A DNA stretch of 64,000 nt from the NCBI GenBank assembly GCA_949879765.1, contig CATLBQ010000002.1, positions 79,652-143,651 on the forward strand, read 5' to 3'. Under the pieces are notes generated by a model. The model did no database searches. It had not been told where the DNA came from and was given only the letters and a program-made list of their open reading frames with translations. Of the stretch, positions 39,174-49,092 are shown piece after piece. Each line of letters opens with the position of its first letter. The stretch's first letter is position 1. The DNA comes from an uncultured Bacilli bacterium. Its GTDB lineage: Bacteria; Bacillota_I; Bacilli_A; ML615J-28; CAG-313. A program made the position numbers and the translations under genes.

Positions 39174-39770
39174 TTGAAAATACATTTATATTTTTATAAT
39201 CAAATAGGGGGGAAGAATTTGATAAAATATAAAGCATTGTTAACATACAATGATAACGAATTATTGTATCTAGTCAAAGAAAATTCAGAAGAGGCACTAG
39301 AAATATTAATTGAAAAATATCGTTTTTGTATATGGAACAAAATGAGAGATATGAATATTGAAATGGCTTCTCGGGACGACTTTTTACAAGAAGGTTTGAT
39401 TTTGTTACATAAGGCAATTGATTCATTTATAGAAGAAAAAAATGTTACATTTTACAGCTATTTTCATTTGCTATTGACAAGAAAATTTATTGATTTATTG
39501 CGAAAGCAAAAAAGAGAAAAAAGAATTGTACCATTTGAAATGTTAGAAGAGTATGTGATTGATGTTGGTTCGCATGAAGAATATGTTAAAGAAAGTCGTA
39601 TACAATTTTCTAAATTGGAGCAAATTATTTTTCAAATGCGTTTTTTAGAAGAAAAGAAACCAAAAGAAATTGCGCGTGATTTGATGTTACCTATCCGAAA
39701 AATCTATGATGGAATTGATAGGATTAAAAGAAAAATGAAGGATGAGAAAGAAAAAAATCTTAATATTTGA
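39174..39770 (+). CDS. Sigma-70 family sigma factor at the SigH locus. It has no ATG start: TTG at 39174, or a TTG about 45 nt downstream preceded by GGGGGGAAG.
   Basis: Region 2 (DFLQEGLILLHKAIDSF) and a region 4 HTH. Lies between rlmB and rpmG, as sigH does in Bacillus. Confidence 0.65.
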   Translation: MKIHLYFYNQIGGKNLIKYKALLTYNDNELLYLVKENSEEALEILIEKYRFCIWNKMRDMNIEMASRDDFLQEGLILLHKAIDSFIEEKNVTFYSYFHLLLTRKFIDLLRKQKREKRIVPFEMLEEYVIDVGSHEEYVKESRIQFSKLEQIIFQMRFLEEKKPKEIARDLMLPIRKIYDGIDRIKRKMKDEKEKNLNI

Positions 39771-39795
39771 CATTTTTATGAAAGTTTAGTATAAT
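39767..39795 (+). promoter_or_regulatory. Consensus promoter for rpmG-secE-nusG.
   Basis: TTGACA, 17-nt spacer, TATAAT. The -35 overlaps the sigma-factor stop codon. Confidence 0.6.
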
Positions 39796-39817
39796 AGAAA
39801 AGTCAAGGTGGTATTAT

Positions 39818-39967
39818 ATGAGAGAAAAAGTAATACTCGTTTGTGAAGAATGTTTATCTCGCAATTATATTACAGAAAAAAATAAATTAAACACAACGGA
39901 ACGTATGGTAGTGAAAAAATATTGCAAACGTTGTAATAAGCATACTATACATAAAGAAACAAAATAG
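39818..39967 (+). CDS. rpmG: 50S ribosomal protein L33 (49 aa). Absent from the ORF track because it is under 60 aa.
   Basis: Translation [49 protein letters not shown] with two CxxC pairs. RBS AAGGTGG. Confidence 0.85.
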   Translation: MREKVILVCEECLSRNYITEKNKLNTTERMVVKKYCKRCNKHTIHKETK

Positions 39968-39979
39968 GAGGTTTTTGGG

Positions 39980-40408
39980 ATGGCTGAAAAAGTTGTTAAG
40001 GAAGAAAAAAGAAATCGGGTTGTCGATTTTATTTTAGAAGAACATAAAGTTGAAAACTATTTATTATTATTCTTAGGTGTGTTTGCTATTGAATTAGGTA
40101 TAATTTTGTTACAAGGCAAACTATTGACAATTCCTGAGGAGGCATGGTTAATTGGGGGAAAAGTGGCAACTAAAATTTTCTCATGGATATTGGTTGGATT
40201 AGGGGCAGTATCTATTGTACTTGTTGCGTCATCATTTTATCGCCCATCATTTAGTGAAATTAAGCATATCAAGGGCTTGAAAAAGAAAGAATTTTTATGG
40301 AATATTATTAAAGTGGTATGCTTTTCAATTGTTTTGGCTTTATTCTTTATTGGATGTGACTGGATAATTGAAAAGATTGTTCAACTTATCCAAAATCAAT
40401 TATACTAG
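39980..40408 (+). CDS. secE: Preprotein translocase subunit SecE, a long three-TM form.
   Basis: Conserved position between rpmG and nusG. The C-terminal TM region (LKKKEFLWNIIKVVCFSIVLALFFIG) is SecE-like. RBS AGGAGG. Confidence 0.55.
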   Translation: MAEKVVKEEKRNRVVDFILEEHKVENYLLLFLGVFAIELGIILLQGKLLTIPEEAWLIGGKVATKIFSWILVGLGAVSIVLVASSFYRPSFSEIKHIKGLKKKEFLWNIIKVVCFSIVLALFFIGCDWIIEKIVQLIQNQLY

Positions 40409-40417
40409 GAGCTGTTC

Positions 40418-40978
40418 ATGTATAGCGATGATATCGATAACGAGAGGGCTTGGTACATTGTTCAGTCTTATGCGGGCATGGAATATGCAGCAAAACGTAA
40501 TTTAGAACGCAGAATTGTATCAATGAATATGCAGGATTATATTTTCAATGTACTTATTCCTGAAGAAGTTCATCTTGAAAAAAAAGCCAATGGTGAAACA
40601 AAAGAAGTAGTTGAAAATCCTTTTCCAGGGTATATTTTTATAGATATGATTGTTACAGATGAATCATGGTTTGTTGTGCGTAATACGCCAATGGTTACGG
40701 GATTCTTAGGATCTAGTGGAAATCGGGCTAAACCTGTTCCAGTGCCTAATTATGAAATGGTGCCTATTTTAAAACAATGTGGTGTTACTGTCACAGTAGA
40801 TGTAAAATTTAAAGTGGGAGAAAAGGTAAGAGTTCTTTCAGAGACTTTCCTCGACCAAGAAGCAGTTGTGGAAAAGATAGATATGGAAAATCAAATTGTT
40901 ACGGTTTTAATAGATATGTTTGGCAGACAAACACCAAACGAGTTAAGATTTGATGAAGTAGAACCCATAAAAGATTGA
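40418..40978 (+). CDS. nusG: Transcription termination/antitermination factor NusG.
   Basis: NGN domain (WYIVQSYAGMEYAAKRNLERRI). KOW motif (KVGEKVRVLSETFLDQEAVV). Confidence 0.9.
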   Translation: MYSDDIDNERAWYIVQSYAGMEYAAKRNLERRIVSMNMQDYIFNVLIPEEVHLEKKANGETKEVVENPFPGYIFIDMIVTDESWFVVRNTPMVTGFLGSSGNRAKPVPVPNYEMVPILKQCGVTVTVDVKFKVGEKVRVLSETFLDQEAVVEKIDMENQIVTVLIDMFGRQTPNELRFDEVEPIKD

Positions 40979-41002
40979 GTAGGCAAAAGCCTACTTTTTT
41001 TA
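40979..41002 (+). terminator. Rho-independent terminator after nusG.
   Basis: GTAGGC-AAAA-GCCTAC followed by T7. Confidence 0.8.
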
Positions 41003-41092
41003 TTCCATCATATGGATAGACGAATTATATACAAAAGGATTGAATAAAAAAATAAAATAAGGTATAATAAAACAGATAGGAGGCATATCAAT

Positions 41093-42076
41093 ATGATACA
41101 ATATTTACCTTATGATGAAAAATACCAAAAGCAAATGTATGAATTGTTTAATGAATTGACACAAGAAGAGGTCTTTTTTAAAACATTAACTGAGGATGAA
41201 TTTTGCAATAAATTATTCAAGAGTCCTGCTTTTAAATCGGAAGGCACGTTTGTTGCGATAGATGGAGACACTGTAGTTGGATTTATTGGCGGTACAGTTC
41301 GTGATTTAGATAAAGGAAATCCTGAATCTTCTGGTTATATGCATACGCTAGTGGTAAAAAAGTCATATAGACGTCAAGGCATTGGGGGAAAATTATTAGA
41401 ATTATTGGAAAACTATTTTAAAGAAGAGGGGAAAAATTCTTCTCGATTTGTTTTTTTGAGTGGAATTTGTTGGCCATGGTATATCCCATATACTGACAAG
41501 CATGAGCATCCTGGTATGCCTGGTGTACGTATGAATTCAGATTTTTATTTGTTTTTATACCACCACGGATACTTTGTAAATAGTATTCATGAAGGGTTCC
41601 ATTTGCCTCTTTCTGAGTATCAATTACCGGAAAAAGTCGTTAAACAAATGGAAAAAAATGAGAAACGTGGATTAAAAATAGAAATTTATGATGCCAATAA
41701 ACATTATGGTATTGAAGAATTTTGTGATGTCATCAATAATCCTGGTTTTGCTGCCTCCATTCGAAATAACTTGAAACGTGATGAACCTAGACCATTTTTG
41801 GTTGCTGCACATGATAATAAAGTTGTCGGTTGGACGGGTGCGATGTATACTGAGGAAACTGGTCGAGGTCATTTAGACGGAATTTGTGTTGATCCGAATG
41901 AACGTGGTGGTGGACTTGGTAAAGCCTTGTTTTGCAATTTGTGTGCATACTTAAAGGAGCATGGTTCAACGTATATGACATTCTTTACAGGACTGGATAA
42001 TCCAGCACGTTATATTTATTTGTTTGCAGGATTTAAAATTGCTCAAAGTTTTGCTGATATGAAGAAAAAGTTTTAG
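41093..42076 (+). CDS. Tandem-GNAT N-acetyltransferase.
   Basis: Two acetyl-CoA binding segments (RRQGIGGKLL and RGGGLGKALF). Own promoter TTGAAT, 17-nt spacer, TATAAT at about 41040-41067. Weak terminator after the stop. Confidence 0.7.
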   Translation: MIQYLPYDEKYQKQMYELFNELTQEEVFFKTLTEDEFCNKLFKSPAFKSEGTFVAIDGDTVVGFIGGTVRDLDKGNPESSGYMHTLVVKKSYRRQGIGGKLLELLENYFKEEGKNSSRFVFLSGICWPWYIPYTDKHEHPGMPGVRMNSDFYLFLYHHGYFVNSIHEGFHLPLSEYQLPEKVVKQMEKNEKRGLKIEIYDANKHYGIEEFCDVINNPGFAASIRNNLKRDEPRPFLVAAHDNKVVGWTGAMYTEETGRGHLDGICVDPNERGGGLGKALFCNLCAYLKEHGSTYMTFFTGLDNPARYIYLFAGFKIAQSFADMKKKF

Positions 42077-42129
42077 GATTTTGTTCTAAAAAATTATAAT
42101 AATAAATAAAATATAAAAAAGTCATTTGG

Positions 42130-42157
42130 TTGACTTTTTTTCTATTTTAAGTATAAT
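42130..42157 (+). promoter_or_regulatory. Promoter of rplK-rplA with an ~100-nt leader.
   Basis: TTGACT, 16-nt spacer, TATAAT. The -35 sits within the 3' arm of the upstream hairpin. Confidence 0.55.
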
Positions 42158-42262
42158 AAATATTGCGTGCAATGACGCTTTATACTATGAATTTAAAAAA
42201 GTGTGGGAGAACATCATAGTGTTCATAAACCACATCACGGACAAAATAAGGAGGTGTGTCTC

Positions 42263-42697
42263 GTGGCAGCAAAAGTTAAACAAGTCAAAAAAGTTGTTAA
42301 ACTTCAAATTCCTGCAGCTAAGGCCAATCCAGCTCCACCAGTTGGACCAGCACTAGGACAAGCAGGGGTTAATATTCAACAATTCTGCAGCCAATTCAAT
42401 GAGAAAACCGCTAATATGGCAGGCTATGTAATTCCAGTTGAAATTACCGTTTATGAAGATCGGACTTTCACTTTTATTACAAAGACTCCACCAGCATCAG
42501 ACTTATTGAAAAAAGCAGCAGGTATTTCTAAGGGTTCCAATAATGCGAAAAAGAACAAAGTGGCAACTATCAGTCGTGCAAAATTATTAGAAATTGCACA
42601 AATGAAGATGCCTGACTTAAACGCATACACAGTCGAAGCAGCAGCTAATATTGTGGAAGGCACTGCTAGAAACATGGGAATCGTTGTAGAAAAATAG
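42263..42697 (+). CDS. rplK: 50S ribosomal protein L11 (GTG start).
   Basis: [47 protein letters not shown] sits 8 nt before the GTG. The ORF track's longer upstream extension is rejected. Confidence 0.9.
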   Translation: MAAKVKQVKKVVKLQIPAAKANPAPPVGPALGQAGVNIQQFCSQFNEKTANMAGYVIPVEITVYEDRTFTFITKTPPASDLLKKAAGISKGSNNAKKNKVATISRAKLLEIAQMKMPDLNAYTVEAAANIVEGTARNMGIVVEK

Positions 42698-42779
42698 GTT
42701 TCTATATTCTCTTTAAATGGACTATGATTAGTCTTTGTGGGAGGAGATTCCGTTAGACCACATTTAGGAGGTAAATAAA

Positions 42780-43472
42780 ATGGCAAAAAGAGGTAAAAAA
42801 TATCAAGAAGCTTTAAAACTAGTTGACCGCCAAAAAAGATATACATTAACTGAAGCGGTTGATTTGGTGAAAAAGACAAATATAGCTAAATTTGATGCTA
42901 CAGTAGAAGTTGCTTTCAAATTGAATATCGATCCTCGTAAAGCAGAACAAAATTTACGTGGTGCAGTTTCATTGCCAAATGGAACAGGTAAAACTGTACG
43001 TATTTTGGTTATTGCAAAAGGTGCTAAAGCGCAAGAAGCTCTTGCAGCAGGTGCTGATTTTGCAGGAGATAGTGAATATCTTGAAAAAATCAAAGAAGGT
43101 TGGTTTGAATTTGATACAATCATTGCAACTCCAGATATGATGGGTGAACTTGGTAAATTAGGACGTGTACTTGGTCCTAAAGGTTTAATGCCAAACCCTA
43201 AAACTGGTACTGTAACTATGAACATTGAGCAAACAGTAAAAGAATTTAAAGCGGGTAAAGTAGAATATCGTACTGACAAAGTAGGTAATATTCAAGTTCC
43301 AGTTGGTAAAGTTTCATTTACAAATGATAAGCTTGTTGAAAACGTTCAAGCAATTTATCGACAAATTATGCGTATTAAACCACAAACTGTTAAAGGTGTA
43401 TATGTTCAAAATTTAACAATTACTTCAACTATGGGCCCTGGTATTAAAATCAGTACAGAAGTAGTAGAGTAG
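42780..43472 (+). CDS. rplA: 50S ribosomal protein L1.
   Basis: [16 protein letters not shown]... RBS AGGAGG. Confidence 0.9.
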   Translation: MAKRGKKYQEALKLVDRQKRYTLTEAVDLVKKTNIAKFDATVEVAFKLNIDPRKAEQNLRGAVSLPNGTGKTVRILVIAKGAKAQEALAAGADFAGDSEYLEKIKEGWFEFDTIIATPDMMGELGKLGRVLGPKGLMPNPKTGTVTMNIEQTVKEFKAGKVEYRTDKVGNIQVPVGKVSFTNDKLVENVQAIYRQIMRIKPQTVKGVYVQNLTITSTMGPGIKISTEVVE

Positions 43473-43479
43473 TTATCAT

Positions 43480-43629
43480 TTAAAAAATTCATTAGTAAAA
43501 AGTAGTATAAAAAGTCTCTGCCGTAGACAGTAGGTGCAGATGAGATAAGACAGCTCTGAAGCTTAATTTCCTACCGAGGAACAAATCTTCCTTTTGTATG
43601 AAAGGAAAAATTTTCAGGAGGTGAAAACA
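43480..43629 (+). ncRNA. Putative ribosomal protein L10 leader (autoregulatory 5' UTR of rplJ-rplL).
   Basis: A 150-nt structured GC-richer leader (CTCTGCCGTAGACAGTAGGTGCAGATGAGATAAGACAGCTCTGAAGC...) in the conserved position. Confidence 0.35.
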
Positions 43630-44118
43630 ATGAATGAAGCGACAATCGCTAAAAAACATGAAGAGGTCCAAGTAATTAGAGAAAAGATCTCTAAGGCTGG
43701 ATCAACATTATTCGTTGATTACCTAGGATTGACTGTAGCTGAAGTAAGTGATCTTCGTGTAAAGCTACATGCTGAAAACTGTGAAATGAAAGTTGTTAAA
43801 AACAACATCTTACGCCGTGCAACCGCTGAAGAAGGTTTTGCAGGTGTAGAAGAACATTTAGTTGGGCCAAGCGCTATTGTAACTAGCCAAGATGAAGTTA
43901 CTGCTGCTAAAATTGTGTATGGTTTCTTAAAAGACCATGAAAAATTATCAGTAAAAGCAGGTATCATTGATGGAAAAGTAACAAATGAAGCGGATTTAAA
44001 GGCACTATCGGCATTACCAAACAAAGAAGGTATGCTATCTATGTTACTAAGTGTTTTACAAGCACCTATTCGCAATCTTGCATGTGTTGTTAAAGCAGTA
44101 TCAGAAAAAGAAAATTAA
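43630..44118 (+). CDS. rplJ: 50S ribosomal protein L10.
   Basis: MNEATIAKKHEEVQVIREK... RBS AGGAGGTG. The ORF track's upstream extension is rejected. Confidence 0.9.
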   Translation: MNEATIAKKHEEVQVIREKISKAGSTLFVDYLGLTVAEVSDLRVKLHAENCEMKVVKNNILRRATAEEGFAGVEEHLVGPSAIVTSQDEVTAAKIVYGFLKDHEKLSVKAGIIDGKVTNEADLKALSALPNKEGMLSMLLSVLQAPIRNLACVVKAVSEKEN

Positions 44119-44136
44119 TTAGGAGGAACAAACGAA

Positions 44137-44508
44137 ATGGCAAAAATCAATAAAGAAGAATTTATTGCAGCTCTAAAGGAAATGAGCGTACTTGAATTAA
44201 ATGAATTAGTAAAGGCAATTGAAGAAGAATTCGGTGTTACTGCCGCTGCTCCAGTTGCAGTTGCAGGTGGTGCTGTTGCAGCAGCTGAAGAAGCTCCAAG
44301 TGAAGTTAGTGTTATCTTAACAAGCGCTGGTGCAGCGAAGTTAAATGTAATTAAACTAGTTCGTGAAGTAACAGGTTTAGGATTAAAAGAAGCTAAAGAA
44401 TTAGTTGACAACGCTCCAAAACCAGTTAAAGAAAAAATCTCTCCAGAAGAAGCTGAAGCATTAAAGGCTAAATTAGTTGAAGCTGGTGCTGAAGTAGAAA
44501 TTAAATAG
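44137..44508 (+). CDS. rplL: 50S ribosomal protein L7/L12.
   Basis: [34 protein letters not shown], an Ala-rich hinge, and the C-terminal domain. Confidence 0.9.
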   Translation: MAKINKEEFIAALKEMSVLELNELVKAIEEEFGVTAAAPVAVAGGAVAAAEEAPSEVSVILTSAGAAKLNVIKLVREVTGLGLKEAKELVDNAPKPVKEKISPEEAEALKAKLVEAGAEVEIK

Positions 44509-44521
44509 TTATTTGAGAGTA

Positions 44522-44560
44522 AAGACAGGATTTGCAATAGACAATTCTTGTCTTTTTCTT
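44522..44560 (+). terminator. Weak terminator/attenuator after rplL.
   Basis: A 9-bp stem with one G-U pair (AAGACAGGA / TCTTGTCTT) followed by a T-run. Confidence 0.4.
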
Positions 44561-44602
44561 TTCAAGAGGTATTTTTTCAAGAAGTTTTATAAGGAGGCGA
44601 AA

Positions 44603-45211
44603 ATGTCTAATCAGTATTTTGAAAATAATGATCAATTAAAGAGTGAAATAAGAGAACTTTCTTATTATATTCAAGGAACAACTATGCTTTTTTTGAGTGA
44701 CAATGGTGTGTTTTCTAAAGGTAATATAGATTTTGGTAGTAGCCTTCTCATTCGAACCGCAATTGAATTTGAAGAAGGAAATGCCCAGAAAGAGGCTCTT
44801 GATGTAGGTTGTGGGTATGGTACCATTGGTTTAACGATGGCAAAAATATTTCCCAAAATTCATGTCGATATGGTGGATATTAATCTTCGTGCAATTGATC
44901 TTGCTAAACAAAATCAACGTAAAAACTTTATTGAAAATGCGGAAATTTTCGCTAGTAATGTATACGAAAATATTTATAAAAAATATGATTTAATTGTTTC
45001 CAATCCGCCCATTAGAGCAGGAAAAAAAGTAGTACATGCTATTGTGATTGGTGCCAAGGAACACTTGAAATCAGGTGGTAGTGTGTGGTGCGTCATACAA
45101 AAAAAACAAGGTGCGCCTTCTTTATTACAGGCACTTGAAGAAAATGGTTTTGAAGTGCACATTCGTTCTAAAGAAAAAGGATATTACGTTATTCAAGCGA
45201 TTGTGAACTAA
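44603..45211 (+). CDS. Class I SAM-dependent methyltransferase (YbxB/RsmC-like small methyltransferase).
   Basis: LDVGCGYGTIGL (motif I) and IVSNPPIRAG (motif IV). Conserved position between rplL and rpoB. RBS AAGGAGG. Confidence 0.75.
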   Translation: MSNQYFENNDQLKSEIRELSYYIQGTTMLFLSDNGVFSKGNIDFGSSLLIRTAIEFEEGNAQKEALDVGCGYGTIGLTMAKIFPKIHVDMVDINLRAIDLAKQNQRKNFIENAEIFASNVYENIYKKYDLIVSNPPIRAGKKVVHAIVIGAKEHLKSGGSVWCVIQKKQGAPSLLQALEENGFEVHIRSKEKGYYVIQAIVN

Positions 45212-45332
45212 AAATAAAATTTTAGAAAGCAGGAAAGAAAAAGAAAATACTTCTTGCTTTTTTCTTTTTTTGACATTTATTTTGCTATATAAAAAAATCC
45301 TAAGTAAAATATCTAAAAAAGTTCTATTTTAC

Positions 45333-45361
45333 TTGACAAAATTATCAATTCATAATATAAT
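45333..45361 (+). promoter_or_regulatory. Consensus promoter for rpoB-rpoC.
   Basis: TTGACA, 17-nt spacer, TATAAT, about 85 nt upstream of the rpoB start. Confidence 0.6.
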
Positions 45362-45445
45362 AAACAAGATTATGATATAATGCGGTATAATGCTTTAATA
45401 TCGCACAGTATAAATCGCTCAAAATTGTAAAAAGAGGTGGCTAAT

Positions 45446-48400
45446 TTGAGTTATAAAAATATTCAATATGGAAGAACTAGGGTTAGACGGAATTATGCAA
45501 GGGTTCAAACAAATGTAGAACTGCCAAATTTGATTGAAATCCAAACCAAATCTTTTGAATGGTTTTTAAAAGATGGTTTAGCATCATTGTTTAAAGAACT
45601 ATCACCTATTAAAGATCATGGTGATGGTGAAAAATTTGAATTGCATTTTTTGGATCATGAATTTGACGAGCCTAAATATTCCATCAAAGAGGCAAAAATA
45701 CATAAGGTAAATTATTCAAGAGCTCTAAAAGTAAATGTTGCTTTAGAAAATAAAGAAACAGGTGAGTTTGTTGAAGATAAAATCTTTATGGGCGAATTTC
45801 CTGTAATGACACCTTGGGGTACGTTTATTTTTAATGGTTCTGAGCGTGTTGTAGTAACGCAAATTGTTCGTTCTGCAGGTGTTTTCTTTTCAGAACAAAA
45901 AGATAAGAAATCAGGATTATCTAATTTTTCAGGTCAAATCATTCCAACACGTGGTGCATGGATAGAGTTTGAAAAAAATAATAAAGATATTTGGTTTGCG
46001 AAATTAGACCGTTCAAAGAAAGTATATTTACCTACATTTATTCGTGCACTAGGGGTAAAAAGTAATCCTGGAATGATTAGTCTATTTGTGGGAGATGACG
46101 ATAAGATTGCACCAAGACCGGATAAAGTATTAAAAATATTCCAAAATAGTTTTGATAAAGATGAATCTTTTGGTGAAGATGATGCAGTTAGAAAACTATA
46201 TGATAATTTAAGACCTGGTGAAAAAACCTCTGCGGATACTGCGCGTAAATTTATTGCCAGTCGGTTATTTGAAATTCGTAGATATGATTTAGCCAAAGTA
46301 GGACGCTATAAATTCAATAAAAAATTGGATGTAGTTGCTCGTGCAGTAGGACATCGTTTAGCAAATGATTTGATTAATCAAGAAACTGGTGAAGTAATTC
46401 TTCCTCAAGGAACTGAAATTACATATCGTAAAGATCCAATAACAGGATTAAGCACAGCAGATATATTATCCCAAAATCGTGAAAGTCTTAGAAAGACCTA
46501 CGAATATGAATTGATGTTAGAAGGAAATAGTGTCGTTTTAGAAACATTGGATGTCTTGGTTAAAACCAATGATGGGGATATCAAGGTTCGTATTTTAGGA
46601 AATGATCAACGTGAAGAGCGTTGCCATGTTGTTCTTTCAGATATTTTTGCTAGTATCAGTTATTATATCAACTTGCATGTTGGTGTTGGTAAAATTGATG
46701 ATATTGACCATTTGAGTAATAGAAGATTACGTCTCATTGGTGAATTGTTGCAAAACCAATTTAGAATGGGTATGATGAAAGTAGAAAAGAGCGTAAGGGA
46801 TAAAATGTCAACTTCTGGTGAAGCCAAAAGTGTATCTGCTCAAAATCTAGTGAACATCAAACCACTTACATCTACTTTTAGAGAATTTTTCGGTAGTAGC
46901 CAATTGTCACAATTTATGGATCAAATTAATCCACTATCTGAACTTACTCATAAAAGGCGGTTATCAGCACTTGGTCAAGGGGGTATTTCTCGTGACCGTG
47001 CTGGTTTTGAAGTACGTGACGTTCACTCTTCACATTATGGAAGAATTTGTCCAGTCGAAACACCAGAAGGTCAAAATATCGGTTTGATTAACTCGCTTGC
47101 TTCATATGCTAGAGCCAATGAATTTGGATTTATTGAAACCCCTTATTTGGTTGTTCAAAAAGATAAAGAACACAAACGAGCAGTAATTACAGATGAGGTA
47201 AGATATTTTACTGCTGATAAGGAAGAAGAATTCATTATTGCGGAAGCAAACGTAAATATGGGTCATGATCCAAAAACAGGTGAATTGATTATTTTAGATG
47301 ATAAAGTTATTGCTCGTCAATATGGCGAATTTATTGAAACAGATAAAATGAATGTAGACTTGGTTGACGTATCGCCAAAACAAGTTGTTGCTATTTCGAC
47401 AGCATGTATTCCATTCCTAGAACATGATGATACTACTCGTGCACTAATGGGTGCCAACATGCAACGTCAAGCAATCCCTTTGTTAAAACCAGAAGCACCA
47501 TTTGTTGGAACTGGTATCGAATATAAGGCAGCAAAAGATTCAGGGGTTGCGATTTGTGCAGATTGTGATGGTGTTGTTGAATATGTGGATGGACTAAATA
47601 TTATTGTTCGAGATGCGAAGGGTGCCAAACATACGTATGAAATGAATAAGTATGAGCGTTCAAATCACTCTACATGTGTCAACCAAAGACCTATTGTCGT
47701 TCCAGGAGAAAAAGTAAAAGTAGGAGATGTTCTTGCGGATGGCTCATCTATGGAACAAGGAGAACTTGCTTTAGGAAGAAACGTCGTGATTGCGTTTATG
47801 ACATGGAATGGATATAATTTTGAAGATGCCGTGATTATGAGTGAACGTTTGGTACAAGAAGATGTGTATACTTCTATTCATATTGAAGAATATACTTGTG
47901 AAGTAAGAGATACAAAACTAGGAAAAGAAGAGATTACACGAGATCTTGATGGTGAAAGTAAGGATTCTATTGCTCAATTGGATGAAAATGGTATTATTCG
48001 TTTAGGTGCAGAAGTAAAAGAAGGCGATACTCTTGTAGGTAAAGTTACACCAAAAGGAATTACTGAACCAACTCCAGAAGAAAGACTATCACAAGCGTTA
48101 TTTTCAGATAACTCTAAAGATGTACGCGTAACCTCTCTTAAAGTTCCTCATGGTGGAAGTGGTATTGTACACCGCATTGAACGATTCAATCGAAAGAATG
48201 GTGCGGAATTACCACCAAACGTAAATGAAGTTGTACGTGTATACATTGTTCAAAAACGTAAAATTTCTGAAGGGGATAAAATGTCTGGACGACATGGTAA
48301 TAAAGGTGTTATTTCTAATATTTTACCGATTGAAGATATGCCGTTTATGTCTGATGGTACGCCAATTGATATTATGCTCAATCCACAAGGTGTTCCCTCT

Positions 48401-49075
48401 CGTATGAATATCGGTCAAGTATTAGAAATTCATTTGGGTATGGCAGCGAAGAAATTGGGCGTTCATGTTGCTACACCAGTATTTGATGGATTAACGCATC
48501 AAGATGTTGTAGATATTATGAATGAGGCTCGCCAAAAAGATGAAGAAATGGCAAAAGAAAATCCAGCCAATGCCAGAGCCATTATTGATGAAAATGGAAA
48601 AACCTATTTATACGATGGACGGACTGGAAGACAATTTGATAATAAAATATCCGTTGGTGTCATGTATATGATTAAACTTGCGCACATGGTTGATGATAAA
48701 CTCCATGCAAGAAGTGAAGGACCATATACGCTTGTTACGCAACAACCAATGGGTGGTAAAGCACAAAATGGTGGTCAACGTTTTGGTGAAATGGAAGTTT
48801 GGGCATTAGAGGCATATGGTGCTGCTCATACACTACAAGAAATGATGACCATTAAATCAGATGATATTATTGGCCGTAATAAAGTATATAAAGCCATTGT
48901 AGATGGCGAACCGCTCCCAAATCCAGGGATTCCAGAGGCATTCCGTGCGCTGATTAAGGAATTACAAGGATTAGGATTGAGTGTAAAACTTGTTGACAAC
49001 GACGGTGTCGATGTTGCCAATAAGAGTCTCGTCGGTGAATTTGCTGAAGCGCAAGCAAGTAAACGAGGCTTATAA
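45446..49075 (+). CDS. rpoB: DNA-directed RNA polymerase subunit beta (probable TTG start; alternative GTG at 45437).
   Basis: 1210 aa. Starting at the TTG gives MSYKNIQYGRTRVRR, which aligns with the Bacillus RpoB N-terminus. RBS AAGAGGTGG sits 5 nt upstream. Confidence 0.95.
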   Translation: MSYKNIQYGRTRVRRNYARVQTNVELPNLIEIQTKSFEWFLKDGLASLFKELSPIKDHGDGEKFELHFLDHEFDEPKYSIKEAKIHKVNYSRALKVNVALENKETGEFVEDKIFMGEFPVMTPWGTFIFNGSERVVVTQIVRSAGVFFSEQKDKKSGLSNFSGQIIPTRGAWIEFEKNNKDIWFAKLDRSKKVYLPTFIRALGVKSNPGMISLFVGDDDKIAPRPDKVLKIFQNSFDKDESFGEDDAVRKLYDNLRPGEKTSADTARKFIASRLFEIRRYDLAKVGRYKFNKKLDVVARAVGHRLANDLINQETGEVILPQGTEITYRKDPITGLSTADILSQNRESLRKTYEYELMLEGNSVVLETLDVLVKTNDGDIKVRILGNDQREERCHVVLSDIFASISYYINLHVGVGKIDDIDHLSNRRLRLIGELLQNQFRMGMMKVEKSVRDKMSTSGEAKSVSAQNLVNIKPLTSTFREFFGSSQLSQFMDQINPLSELTHKRRLSALGQGGISRDRAGFEVRDVHSSHYGRICPVETPEGQNIGLINSLASYARANEFGFIETPYLVVQKDKEHKRAVITDEVRYFTADKEEEFIIAEANVNMGHDPKTGELIILDDKVIARQYGEFIETDKMNVDLVDVSPKQVVAISTACIPFLEHDDTTRALMGANMQRQAIPLLKPEAPFVGTGIEYKAAKDSGVAICADCDGVVEYVDGLNIIVRDAKGAKHTYEMNKYERSNHSTCVNQRPIVVPGEKVKVGDVLADGSSMEQGELALGRNVVIAFMTWNGYNFEDAVIMSERLVQEDVYTSIHIEEYTCEVRDTKLGKEEITRDLDGESKDSIAQLDENGIIRLGAEVKEGDTLVGKVTPKGITEPTPEERLSQALFSDNSKDVRVTSLKVPHGGSGIVHRIERFNRKNGAELPPNVNEVVRVYIVQKRKISEGDKMSGRHGNKGVISNILPIEDMPFMSDGTPIDIMLNPQGVPSRMNIGQVLEIHLGMAAKKLGVHVATPVFDGLTHQDVVDIMNEARQKDEEMAKENPANARAIIDENGKTYLYDGRTGRQFDNKISVGVMYMIKLAHMVDDKLHARSEGPYTLVTQQPMGGKAQNGGQRFGEMEVWALEAYGAAHTLQEMMTIKSDDIIGRNKVYKAIVDGEPLPNPGIPEAFRALIKELQGLGLSVKLVDNDGVDVANKSLVGEFAEAQASKRGL

Positions 49076-49092
49076 TATAAGAGGTGACAAAT

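Noticed and set aside
42451-43279. Two minus-strand ORFs (142 and 158 aa) inside rplK/rplA, and a 76-aa + ORF at 42126-42356 in the L11 leader.
   Set aside because: They are antisense or in the leader of highly conserved ribosomal protein genes, with no RBS. The 42126 ORF spans the rplK promoter.
44115-44537. A 140-aa minus-strand ORF covering rplL.
   Set aside because: It is a mirror ORF of the Ala/Glu-rich L7/L12 gene, a classic antisense artefact.
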